Shown: positions 8,802 through 17,533 of the stretch, one piece after another
Position numbering within the stretch: the stretch's first letter is position 1
Layout of the letters: every line of letters starts with the position of its first letter
Source of the DNA: Egbenema sp. FJBBOT/2019
GTDB lineage: Bacteria; Cyanobacteriota; Cyanobacteriia; Elainellales; Elainellaceae
Reading direction: 5' to 3'
NCBI RefSeq assembly: GCF_048077055.1
Contig: NZ_CP182236.1
Location: forward strand, 7,450,594-7,498,593
DNA: 48,000 nt
The notes under the pieces: model-generated
Seen by the model: the letters and a program-made list of their open reading frames with translations, nothing else
Told to the model about the DNA's origin: nothing
Databases searched by the model: none
Made by a program: the position numbers and the translations under genes

Positions 8802-9563
8802 CTAGGCTACTCGAAGTTGAACCCGTTTGTCGTGCAGTTTTTGAGCAATCCACTGGTCAAAAATCGTATTGCATAACAGTTGTTGGACTTCCTCATTAGC
8901 GAGGGACGCAGGCAAAAACTGTTCTAGACGGAATAAACACCACTTCTGATCGATTTCAATGGGGCCAACAATATCTCCCACCTTTGCCAAATCGATCGCC
9001 ACTCGCAATGCATCCGGCAATTGACCTCGGCTAATGGTTCCCAGCATACCATTGACGACTCGATCGCCTGATATGGAATACTCTCGCACCAGTTGCTCAA
9101 AGCTGGCTGCTTCTTCTATGATCTGAGCTTTCAGTTCTTCAGCCAGTTCCCAGTTTTCTACGACTAAGCGGGATAGCACAACCTGGTCAAGATGGAGTTT
9201 TTGATCGATGAAGGTTTCCTGCAACTTGGGTTCCACGATCGTGGGTAGAAACTGGTTCATCTGGAATTGATGGGTGATATTTTGCTCAAAAGCTGTTCTC
9301 GTCAGACCTTGCTGTGCCAACCACTGCTGATAGTGTTGATCATCCAGAAGCTGATTTTCCTGACGAAAGTTAGTGATGATTTGCTGGATCTGTTCTGCGC
9401 TAACCTTTGCTTGAGGACAGTTTTGTAATTCTTGCTTTAAGACGTGCTGCTGTAAGACTGTGCTAATGAATGAACTGAGTTGACCAGAGGTTTGCAGATA
9501 ATCAATGATCTGTTCGATCGTGATGGGATGATCGTCAATATAGAGAAAGGTTGGGGTGTTCAT
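8802..9563 (-). CDS. Parvulin/SurA-like peptidyl-prolyl isomerase family protein (paralogue 1)
   Basis: 253 aa. The C-terminal block EYSISGDRVVNGMLGTISRGQLPDALRVAIDLAKVGDIVGPIEIDQKWCLFRLEQ fits the PpiC rotamase pattern (S..GG.LG...G.l...f..a...l..G..s.P). Paralogue of 12510..13274. Confidence 0.65.
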   Translation of the reverse strand: MNTPTFLYIDDHPITIEQIIDYLQTSGQLSSFISTVLQQHVLKQELQNCPQAKVSAEQIQQIITNFRQENQLLDDQHYQQWLAQQGLTRTAFEQNITHQFQMNQFLPTIVEPKLQETFIDQKLHLDQVVLSRLVVENWELAEELKAQIIEEAASFEQLVREYSISGDRVVNGMLGTISRGQLPDALRVAIDLAKVGDIVGPIEIDQKWCLFRLEQFLPASLANEEVQQLLCNTIFDQWIAQKLHDKRVQLRVA

Positions 9564-9614
9564 CGTATTTCCGAGTTAGGTTTACTACTGAATCAAACTA
9601 AGTTGGGATCGAAT

Positions 9615-9789
9615 TGTTCTCAAAGTGTTCCGAAACCGTTCTTCAACTCTTCCGATTTTTGTTCAAATTTCATACTCATACTATACAAAAGCTACCCGTG
9701 CTTGTCTTTACAGGAAAGTATGGAGTGCGGTATGCAGCTCAATTGCCAGAAAAGTCAGAAAAGTATGGTGGAGTTTCTCAAAAGTATGG
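9615..9789 (+). promoter_or_regulatory. Phased-repeat cassette, copy C (upstream of parvulin-like gene 1)
   Basis: GTTC at 9616/9627/9638, CTTC at 9649, GTTC at 9661. AGTATGG boxes at 9717, 9729 (GGTATGC), 9762 and 9783, spacing 12/33/21. Confidence 0.65.
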
Positions 9790-9851
9790 AGAATGGCAAT
9801 CAAGGTTGAGGCGATCGGTTGTAGCGGTTGGGGACATGCGGAAAAATAACG

Positions 9852-9892
9852 TAGGGGCGCACTGCTGTGTGCCCCTACTGCTGTGCGCCCCT
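9852..9892 (-). terminator. GC-rich hairpin with duplicated 3' arm downstream of PPC-C2 gene B (candidate terminator)
   Basis: GGGGCGCAC can pair with either GTGTGCCCC (9868-9876) or GTGCGCCCC (9883-9891). The unit ACTGCTGTGYGCCCCT is duplicated. A minus-strand T5 run follows (CGTTATTTTTCC). Confidence 0.45.
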
Positions 9893-9952
9893 ATTCCCAT
9901 GAACCTATTAGCAACTCAGCGGGCAATGCAGAGATGCAAACGGCAAATGAGC

Positions 9953-10933
9953 TTAAACGTATCGGGTAGAGATTTTGAAGGTGATTCGATTGCGATTAGA
10001 ATCATTGCCTTCAGTGGATTTTGTCTCTCCCAGGTTGAACGAGGAAATCCGCAAATCATTAGAGGTAACACGACCGGATTGCAGATCAACCCTAAATTCC
10101 AGGCTTCTTCCAGAACCAGAGTTGATATCTGCCTGGTCATCAAAGAACAAGTCCTCGTCCCAAACTTCAAGGGAGATATTGACTGGACTACCGCCTGTCA
10201 GGGGAATATCTCTGGTAAAACTCCAGTTTGGATTGTAGGAAAAGGGTAGATAAACCCCCGTAAACCAGCCCCAATCTGGAGGCCGAGTCTGAAATCGAGT
10301 TCCGCCCATGTTGACTTTGGCATACCACTCAGGCGGGGAACCAGAATCCAAACCCACTAGGTCGGTGAGGTTCGTGACATCCAGAACAAGCTGTTTTCGA
10401 GACTCTCGTGCGGAAACACCTAAGTTGTAGTTGATGGTGTTGACCGTATTAGAGGCAGCGCGGTAGACCCCAGCATAGTAGGTTCCAGCTTCCAATCCAC
10501 TAAGCTGAATGCTTTCCGCTTGGGTGCCTGGTTTAGCTGATGCACCGATTTCCTGCCCACGAGAATCATACAGAAATAGGTTTGCATTTGCGTTCATGCC
10601 AGACAGTGATAGATTCACTGTGTTTTTGCTGTTTCTAACGGTAAAGGCATACAGGTCTAACGAGTCACTGGAGCTAACTGTGCCGCTGTAGGAAGTAGAA
10701 GCATTGTGGGTATAGTCACCAATGTGGTTGTTCTGTAGTGCCTGGGTAAACGTATTGTTCGCTTCCCGCTCTCGACCCGTGTAGTTATAGGATGTACTGG
10801 TACTGGTACTGGTGGTTGTGCTGGAACGTGAAGCAGTTGATTGTTCTAGCGCAGATCGATTTGCTGCTTGCAAACTAACATTAGAACTCAGACGATCGAC
10901 TGGATTGAGGAGATTAGCAGGAGAGTTCGACAT
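9953..10933 (-). CDS. Secreted-type PPC + C2-like domain protein (paralogue B)
   Basis: 326 aa. Same architecture as 7492..8487: MSNSPANLLNPVDRLSSNV..., DLYAFTV...GTYYAGVYR, PEWYAKVNMGGTRFQT...NPNWSF...LEVWDEDLFFDDQADIN, and a conserved tail ITFKISTRYV. Confidence 0.75.
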   Translation of the reverse strand: MSNSPANLLNPVDRLSSNVSLQAANRSALEQSTASRSSTTTSTSTSTSYNYTGREREANNTFTQALQNNHIGDYTHNASTSYSGTVSSSDSLDLYAFTVRNSKNTVNLSLSGMNANANLFLYDSRGQEIGASAKPGTQAESIQLSGLEAGTYYAGVYRAASNTVNTINYNLGVSARESRKQLVLDVTNLTDLVGLDSGSPPEWYAKVNMGGTRFQTRPPDWGWFTGVYLPFSYNPNWSFTRDIPLTGGSPVNISLEVWDEDLFFDDQADINSGSGRSLEFRVDLQSGRVTSNDLRISSFNLGETKSTEGNDSNRNRITFKISTRYV

Positions 10934-11127
10934 AGAAGTAATCCTTCAAGACAAAATGATTGACAGGTTATTTGATTCACGATCCTTTGTTAGATTTTCA
11001 GGAAAGGTGGTAGGGAGAACCGTGCCAACCCTACCAACCTTGTATCGCTTTCAGTCCATCCGGCTTCACCAGCAGGCTTTAGCTATACTTTGGCAAGCCA
11101 TTTGGAACTGAAATTTATCTTGCCTAC

Positions 11128-12386
11128 TTATGCAGCGGAAGCCGGAGTAGGTTGGCTAGCATCTCTTACGGTTAGCTTATAACTGCTGCCCTGTGAGTGC
11201 GAGCCATTGAAGACCTTCACAAAGTAATCTCCAGGTGCCAACGTCTTTTGGAACTCCTTAACATCTGTGCCACTTTGCGTCAGTTCTTTCACCTTTCTGC
11301 CCTGAGAATCCATCAATTTCAGGTTCAGGTTTTGGTTCATCTCAGCCAATGAAAAGCTGACATTGGTTTGTTGATCAAGGGAAAAGGCATAGATATCTTT
11401 GATATCATCTCTAGCAGTTTCACCTTTCGCCGTAATCGCCTTTGCAGACAGGTTTCCTAAGTTATTATTTGCCCGTGCGTCTGCGATCGTATTATTACTT
11501 TCCTGCTCTAAAAAGTATGGATTGGGAGGCTGAGGTGCGCCTGCGGAAGGCTGCCCCACCGAAGGTCTCGGAGGAGTGGGTACGCCTGCAGGCTGGGGAG
11601 CATAACTAATAGGGGCAGGTGGTCGAGGAACGCGATGATCGACAATGCTCGGACCGGCTGGAGTTGGGCTAGCAGGACGATGATCGACAACGATCGGACG
11701 AGCTGGAGTCGGGTTTTGAATTGTAATCGTTGGAAGTTGAACGGTTACGTTTGGCAGACCTGCGGGTTTGGTCACTGCGCCGATTACGCTATTGATTGCA
11801 TTACTGGCTGCATTACTGACTGCATTGGCGGCAGTTGCTACGGGGCGAGCCACGGTGTTGACCACTGTATTAGCTGCGTTTACTGCCGTTGACACCGGAC
11901 GAGTCACCGTGTTTAGAACTGTGTTGGCTGCATTTGTTACTGCTGCCGTGACGGGTCGAGCGACGGTGTTAATCGCAGCATTGGCTACGTTTGCTGCCGT
12001 TGACACCGGACGAGCGACTGTGTTTAGAACTGTACCGGCTGCATTATTAACTGCATTTACGGCAGTTGATACGGGTCGTGTTACTGCACTGGCGACAGCC
12101 GATCCAACCGCAGCAATACTAGACAGGGTCGGTGGTTTAATTGTCACCTGTACACCTGTTGGGGAAGGATTAGAACTAACAGGTGTTTGCGGTCGGTGAT
12201 CGACAACGACTGCGGCCGGGGTGCGATCGCGGTCGAGGCAGTCGAGCTTGGCGCACGGCTAGGAAGCACATTGTTTGCGATCTGCGTTGCTGCACCGATC
12301 GGATTACTTGTGGTTGTAATCGCTGAAGATACAGCAGTTGCGGTCAAGTTACGATTTTGTTGGGTTGTGTTTGCAGTTGCCAACAT
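11128..12386 (-). pseudogene. Third PPC-domain protein with ~18-aa TVARPVSTAxNAxN repeats and a Pro-rich linker; reading frame broken by a 1-nt shift
   Basis: ATG 12386 has AGGAG 10 nt upstream and opens MLATANTTQQNRNL.... That frame stops at 12144. The 339-aa ORF (11128..12147) stays open in the -1 frame back to 12258 (AAVVVDHRPQTP, echoing the internal IVVDHRPASP). C-terminal PPC: DIYAFSL...GDYFVKVF...YKLTV. Confidence 0.6.
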
Positions 12387-12509
12387 TGAGATTAATCTCC
12401 TAAGTAATTTGTTGTTTAGATGCCCACTACGAGTTTCATCCTGTTCGTGGTGGGTAGAGCCTATCCTGGGGGTTGTCCACAGCATAGGCATTACCAACCA
12501 GAATCACGA

Positions 12510-13274
12510 TCACGAGGCAAGCTGTAATTCAACGTGTCTATCCCGCATCCTTTCAGCCATCCATTCCTCAAAAATTTGAGTTTGCAGTGAAGTTTGAATC
12601 GCTTCATCCGCCAGAGAAGCTGGAATAAACTGTTCAACTCGGTACAGAAACCATTGCTGCTCAAACTCTAAGGGACCAACAATGTCACCGGGTTGAGCCA
12701 CATCGATCATGGCGCGCAGTCCATCCGATAGCTGACCTCGGCTAAGGGCACCCATCATGCCATTGATCAGGCGATCGTCCGATACAGAATACTCTCGCAC
12801 CAGTTGCTCAAAGCTGGCTCCTTCTTCTGTAATTTGTGTTTTGAGTTCCTCTGCCAACTCCTGGCTATCCACTACTAACTGCGACAGCACGACCTGGTCA
12901 AGATAAAGCTTTTGATTGATAAAGGTTTCTTGCAACTTTGGCTCAACAATGGTTGGCACAAACTGTTCTAACCGCAGGCGATGCATAATATCTTGTTTAA
13001 GGGCGATTTCAGTTGTGCCTTCTTGGGCTAACCATTGCTGAAAGCACTGATCGTCTACAAGCTGTTTTTGTTGTCGAAACTCTGCAATCATTCGCTCAAC
13101 TTGTTCTAAGCTAATATGTGCTTCAGGACAGCTTTGTAACGCTTGCTCTAAAATATGCTGGTGCAAAACCGTACTGATAAATGATTCAAGCTGTCCAGAG
13201 GTATGAAGATAGCGAAGGATCTGGTCGATCGGAATCGGTTGACTATCAATATAGAGAAATGCTGGAGTGTTCAT
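12510..13274 (-). CDS. Parvulin/SurA-like peptidyl-prolyl isomerase family protein (paralogue 2)
   Basis: Start chosen at MNTPAFLYID to parallel MNTPTFLYID of paralogue 1; the ORF-track start at 13340 is also possible. C-terminal EYSVSDDRLINGMMGALSRGQLSDGLRAMIDVAQPGDIVGPLEFEQQWFLYRVEQ. Confidence 0.65.
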   Translation of the reverse strand: MNTPAFLYIDSQPIPIDQILRYLHTSGQLESFISTVLHQHILEQALQSCPEAHISLEQVERMIAEFRQQKQLVDDQCFQQWLAQEGTTEIALKQDIMHRLRLEQFVPTIVEPKLQETFINQKLYLDQVVLSQLVVDSQELAEELKTQITEEGASFEQLVREYSVSDDRLINGMMGALSRGQLSDGLRAMIDVAQPGDIVGPLEFEQQWFLYRVEQFIPASLADEAIQTSLQTQIFEEWMAERMRDRHVELQLAS

Positions 13275-13371
13275 TGGGTTATCAGGATAAGTGTGCTGAA
13301 TCGTTTTAAGGTTTTGGATTTGAGCTAGGAAAGTCATCAACTTGATGATGGCTGAAACAACTTTAAGTTAA

Positions 13372-13546
13372 TGTTCCATGCGTTCTCAAATCGTTCCTAA
13401 ACCGTTCTGAAGTTGTTCCGTCGGTGGTTTGTCTCCCACACTTCTTACGATACAGAAGTCATCCAGAGCTGTCTTTACAGGAAAGTATGGAGTGGAGTAT
13501 GCAACGCAATATCAGAAAAGTAAGGTGCGATCGGCTTAAAGTATGG
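13372..13546 (+). promoter_or_regulatory. Phased-repeat cassette, copy D (divergent region between parvulin-like gene 2 and STAND gene 1)
   Basis: GTTC at 13373/13382/13393/13404/13415 (spacing 9/11/11/11). AGTATGG boxes at 13484, 13496 (AGTATGC), 13519 (AGTAAGG) and 13540, spacing 12/23/21. Confidence 0.65.
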
Positions 13547-13707
13547 AATGGGGTAAAGAGGCACTAATGCTTCAGGAATCCGTCCCTTTGCTGTGTAGTG
13601 GTTTAGAGCCTGCCATACCATAGAAAAAGTGTGGGTTTTGCCTGAACCCCAGAAAAATAGGGTATAAATTTCTGAGAAGCATATATATTCCTCTATATTT
13701 CAGTCCT

Positions 13708-16700
13708 ATGCACCCTGCCTCAGCGATCGAAATTGAGTTTGATCAAGTAATTCCCATCGTGAACAATATCCTGCAAGGGAAATGCGATCGCCCCCTCAGT
13801 GATCTGGAGGTTGAACTATTGAGGGGAGCCTGGGATAATTTGACCTATGATGAAATCGCTGCTCGATCGGGCTATTCGCTGAACTATCTCCAGCGGGATA
13901 TGGGTCCAAAGTTTTGGAAGCTCCTGGGTCGTAGCGTGGGGCAAAAACTTAGCAAAGCGAACGCCAGAGTTATTTTGACTCAGATTGCACAATCCCAGCT
14001 ACAACCCCCAGAGCCTCCGCCTCCCCTGCCAGATGCCACCCCTCCAGAGACGCAAGCAAAACTCCTCACAGTTCAGACCGCCCGCCCCGATCCGCCGCCT
14101 CTCCCCTCGCCTCCCGCCATTCCCTCCACCTGCGACTGGGGCGAAGCGATCGATACGTCTATCTTTTATGGTCGAGAAACTGAGTTACAGACCTTGCATC
14201 AATGGATCATTGATGACCATTGTCGAATGATTGCGGTACTGGGCATAGGAGGTATCGGGAAAAGTTCCCTGGCCGCCAAAATCGCTACCATCCTGCAAGA
14301 TCAGTTTGAGTTCATCATCTGGCGATCGCTGCGGAACGCCCCACCGTTGGAAACCTTGCTCAGGGAGCTTGTCCCCTTTGTTTCCCGTCAGCAAGATACC
14401 CAAGCCCAACCCGATCGACTGCTGCACTGGCTGCGTACCCATCGCTGTCTGGTAATTCTCGATAACCTGGAAACCGTTATGCAGGTTGGCGATCGGGCCG
14501 GATACTATCAATCTGATTATGAGAACTATGGCGAATTGCTGCGAATCGTTGGAGAAACCACCCATCAAAGTTGCGTCTTGCTGACTAGCCGCGAAAAGCC
14601 ATCGGAAATTGCTGTGCTGGAAGGCCCAGATACCTGGGTGCGATCGCTGACCTTAGGCGGTTCTCCAGAAGCCTCGCTGGCTCTAATTGAGTCAAAAGGT
14701 TTATCCGGAGAAGCAGCAGAAAAACTACAACTTTGTGAGTCCTATAGTTATAATCCACTCGCTCTGAAGATTGTCGCGTCTTTCATTGACAGTCTGTTTG
14801 ATGGAGAAATTGCTACATTTCGGCAAGAAAACACCTTGCTGGTCAATGGTCTGCGGCGTTTGCTGGAACAACAGTTTGAGCGATTATCCTACCTGGAACA
14901 AACGATCATGTACTGGTTGGCGATCAACCGTGAATGGATCACGATCGCTGAACTGATGGAAGATATAGTTCCAACACCTTCTAGAGTTAACTTGCTAGAG
15001 ACATTGGAATCACTAACGTGGCGATCGTTGGTGGAAAAGCGAGCGGGTGCATATACTCAGCAACCCGTTGTCATGGAATATATTTTGGAATGCTTGATTG
15101 AGCGAATTGCAACCGAGTTAATCACAAACAAGCTTTCCCTGTTTCACCGCTACGCGCTCGTTAAAACATCTGTTCTGGAATATATTCGTGATAGTCAAAT
15201 TCGCTTAATTTTACAACCGATCGCCAATCGATTGCAGTCTACCTTGCCTGCTCGATCAGCAATAGAACAGCATCTCAGAACAGTCCTACAGCAACTACGG
15301 GCTACGACCCATCCAACTTCACGCTACGGTGTGGGCAATTTACTAAACCTGCTGATTCATTACCAAGTTGATTTGGCTGACTATGATCTGTCTCATCAAC
15401 AGATTTGGCATGCTCAGTTGGAGAAAACGACCCTCCAACGCACCAATTTTTCCTATGCTGAATTGCACCAAACAACCTTTATCCAACCCCTGAGCTATAT
15501 TCTGGAACTGGCCTTCAGTCCGGATGGTCAATTGCTGAGTACCGTTGATAGTACAGGACACATTTATCTGTGGCGGGTTCAGGATGGGCAACCGATCGTC
15601 AATCGTTTGGGACATGCCAGCCGGATTCATTCAGTTTGCTTTAGTCCGGATGGTGCGATCCTTGCTACAGGCAGTGCCGATCGTACCGTTAGACTCTGGG
15701 ATGTCAAAACAGGCACAATGCTGAAGCAACTTCATGGGCACACAAATGAAGTTCGATCTGTCGCCATTAGCCCCAACGGGCAATTCTTAGCGAGTGCCAG
15801 TGCCGACACCACCATTCAAATCTGGGATTTGGCGAGTGGGACATTGCAAAAAACGCTCACTGGGCATGAAGATGAGCTTTGGTCATTAGCATTTAGTCCC
15901 AATGGGCAATACCTGGCGAGCAGTGGGGCGAGACCAAACATCCGGATCTGGGATGGGGTAACGGGAACTCTGGTGCGGACGCTGGCAGGAGATGCGCCGA
16001 TTCATTGGTCGGTGTCCTTTAGTCCCGATGGACAAATCCTGGCGACGGGCAGTAACGATCACATGGTGCGCTTGTGGCAGGTGGCAACGGGGCAGCTTTT
16101 ACGAACCTTAGACGGCCATACGAGCCATGTCATTACAACTTGCTTTAGTCCGGATAGATTGTACCTGGCAAGTGGTAGCCTGGATTGTTCGATTCGGATC
16201 TGGGATGTCCGAACCGGTGCGCTGCTCAAAACGTTTCAGGGACATACCAATGGGATCTGGTCGATCGCTTTTAACCCAGACGGTTCCCTGCTGGCCAGTG
16301 GTGGGCAAGATTACTGTGTGAAATTGTGGGATATCAAGCTGGGGCAGACTCGTAAAACGCTGCGAGGTTACAGCAATAGTGTGCGATCGGTTCGTTTCAG
16401 TCCAGATGGGCAGACGATCGCAGCGGCTGGGTATGATCCTAAGATCAGAATTTGGGATGTCGCCCTTGAGCAAATCACTCAGTCCTTTTACCCGGAACCA
16501 GGCGGAGTCTTTTCAGTGGAATTCAGCCCAGATGATACCCTGTTGGCCAGCGGTGGCTCTGCTAACACCATCAGCCTTTGGAATTTAAAGACTGGGCAAC
16601 TGTTACGAAGATTAGTGGGACATCAAGGCTGGATTTGGTTATTGTCCTTTAGCCCCGATGGACACTACATTGCCAGCGGTAGCACAGACAGCACCCTGAA

Positions 16701-17394
16701 ATTATGGCAAGTGCAAAATGGTCAACTGGTACACACTCTGGAAGGTCACGATGGGTGGATTTGGTCGCTAGCCTTCAGCCCCGATGGCACACTATTAGCC
16801 AGTGGTGGATTGGATAGCACGATCCGGATCTGGGAGGTGAAGACGGGAGAACCGATCGCCGTTTATCGCGGGCATGAGGGTTGGGTAACGACCCTATCCT
16901 TTGTGAAAAATAGCTGCATCCTGGCCAGTGGGGGCAGTGATGGGTTGATTAAACTTTGGGATCTGCAAACTCCTGCATCGCCCACCTTGCAATCCTCCTG
17001 GCAGGCGCATCAAAGTACGGTGTGGTCGCTGGCTAGCTTTTCAGATCAAAAACGGATCGTCAGCGGCAGCGCGGACGGAACCATCAAACTTTGGGCAATC
17101 GAAACCCAAACCTTACAAATGACATTGGCAGAACATACCAATGAAGTATGGACAATTGCTCTCAGTTCAGACGAGACCTGCCTAGTCAGCGGTAGTGTTG
17201 ATGAACAGGTGAAATTATGGGATATCGAAACAGGAAAGTGTTTGAAAACCTTAACAGGCGATCGTCCTTACGAAGGGATGAATATTACAGGCGTAACGGG
17301 CATTACTGATGCGCAAAAAGTGACGCTCAAGGCTTTGGGCGCGATCATTCAAGATTCAGAGGATTTAAGCCTTGTTAATGTTGGTTTGCCTTAG
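13708..17394 (+). CDS. STAND protein 1: N-terminal LuxR/sigma-r4-like HTH, NB-ARC-type P-loop NTPase, pentapeptide-like segment, ~14 WD40 repeats
   Basis: 1228 aa. HTH-like [44 protein letters not shown], Walker [14 protein letters not shown], Walker [15 protein letters not shown] GxPLAL-like YNPLALKIV, then repeated GH..x..SVAFSPDG..LASGS.D.T(I/V)(K/R)(L/I)WD units. Tail [28 protein letters not shown]. Confidence 0.85.
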   Translation: MHPASAIEIEFDQVIPIVNNILQGKCDRPLSDLEVELLRGAWDNLTYDEIAARSGYSLNYLQRDMGPKFWKLLGRSVGQKLSKANARVILTQIAQSQLQPPEPPPPLPDATPPETQAKLLTVQTARPDPPPLPSPPAIPSTCDWGEAIDTSIFYGRETELQTLHQWIIDDHCRMIAVLGIGGIGKSSLAAKIATILQDQFEFIIWRSLRNAPPLETLLRELVPFVSRQQDTQAQPDRLLHWLRTHRCLVILDNLETVMQVGDRAGYYQSDYENYGELLRIVGETTHQSCVLLTSREKPSEIAVLEGPDTWVRSLTLGGSPEASLALIESKGLSGEAAEKLQLCESYSYNPLALKIVASFIDSLFDGEIATFRQENTLLVNGLRRLLEQQFERLSYLEQTIMYWLAINREWITIAELMEDIVPTPSRVNLLETLESLTWRSLVEKRAGAYTQQPVVMEYILECLIERIATELITNKLSLFHRYALVKTSVLEYIRDSQIRLILQPIANRLQSTLPARSAIEQHLRTVLQQLRATTHPTSRYGVGNLLNLLIHYQVDLADYDLSHQQIWHAQLEKTTLQRTNFSYAELHQTTFIQPLSYILELAFSPDGQLLSTVDSTGHIYLWRVQDGQPIVNRLGHASRIHSVCFSPDGAILATGSADRTVRLWDVKTGTMLKQLHGHTNEVRSVAISPNGQFLASASADTTIQIWDLASGTLQKTLTGHEDELWSLAFSPNGQYLASSGARPNIRIWDGVTGTLVRTLAGDAPIHWSVSFSPDGQILATGSNDHMVRLWQVATGQLLRTLDGHTSHVITTCFSPDRLYLASGSLDCSIRIWDVRTGALLKTFQGHTNGIWSIAFNPDGSLLASGGQDYCVKLWDIKLGQTRKTLRGYSNSVRSVRFSPDGQTIAAAGYDPKIRIWDVALEQITQSFYPEPGGVFSVEFSPDDTLLASGGSANTISLWNLKTGQLLRRLVGHQGWIWLLSFSPDGHYIASGSTDSTLKLWQVQNGQLVHTLEGHDGWIWSLAFSPDGTLLASGGLDSTIRIWEVKTGEPIAVYRGHEGWVTTLSFVKNSCILASGGSDGLIKLWDLQTPASPTLQSSWQAHQSTVWSLASFSDQKRIVSGSADGTIKLWAIETQTLQMTLAEHTNEVWTIALSSDETCLVSGSVDEQVKLWDIETGKCLKTLTGDRPYEGMNITGVTGITDAQKVTLKALGAIIQDSEDLSLVNVGLP

Positions 17395-17533
17395 CCGCTC
17401 CAGCATCTGTTTTTTCACTTTTCTACTCTATATGGTTGAGCCGCCCTTGCTTGAGAAAAGTGTGGAATTCGGCTGAAAGACGATGAAATGGGTTATATAT
17501 TTCTGATAAACACGTAGCGCTTCCTGGTTCCCT

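Noticed and set aside
7492-12386. Double-glycine (GG/GA) leader cleavage motifs in the three PPC proteins
   Set aside because: There is no LSxxELxxIxGG-like motif in the first 60 residues of A or B, and only a weak IGAAT in the third. The exporter's C39-like domain also appears to lack the catalytic Cys, so leader cleavage is not expected.
12144-12497. 117-aa ORF treated as an independent gene
   Set aside because: Its first 37 codons precede the SD-ATG at 12386 and look non-coding. The remainder is better explained as the N-terminus of the frameshifted PPC-repeat gene.
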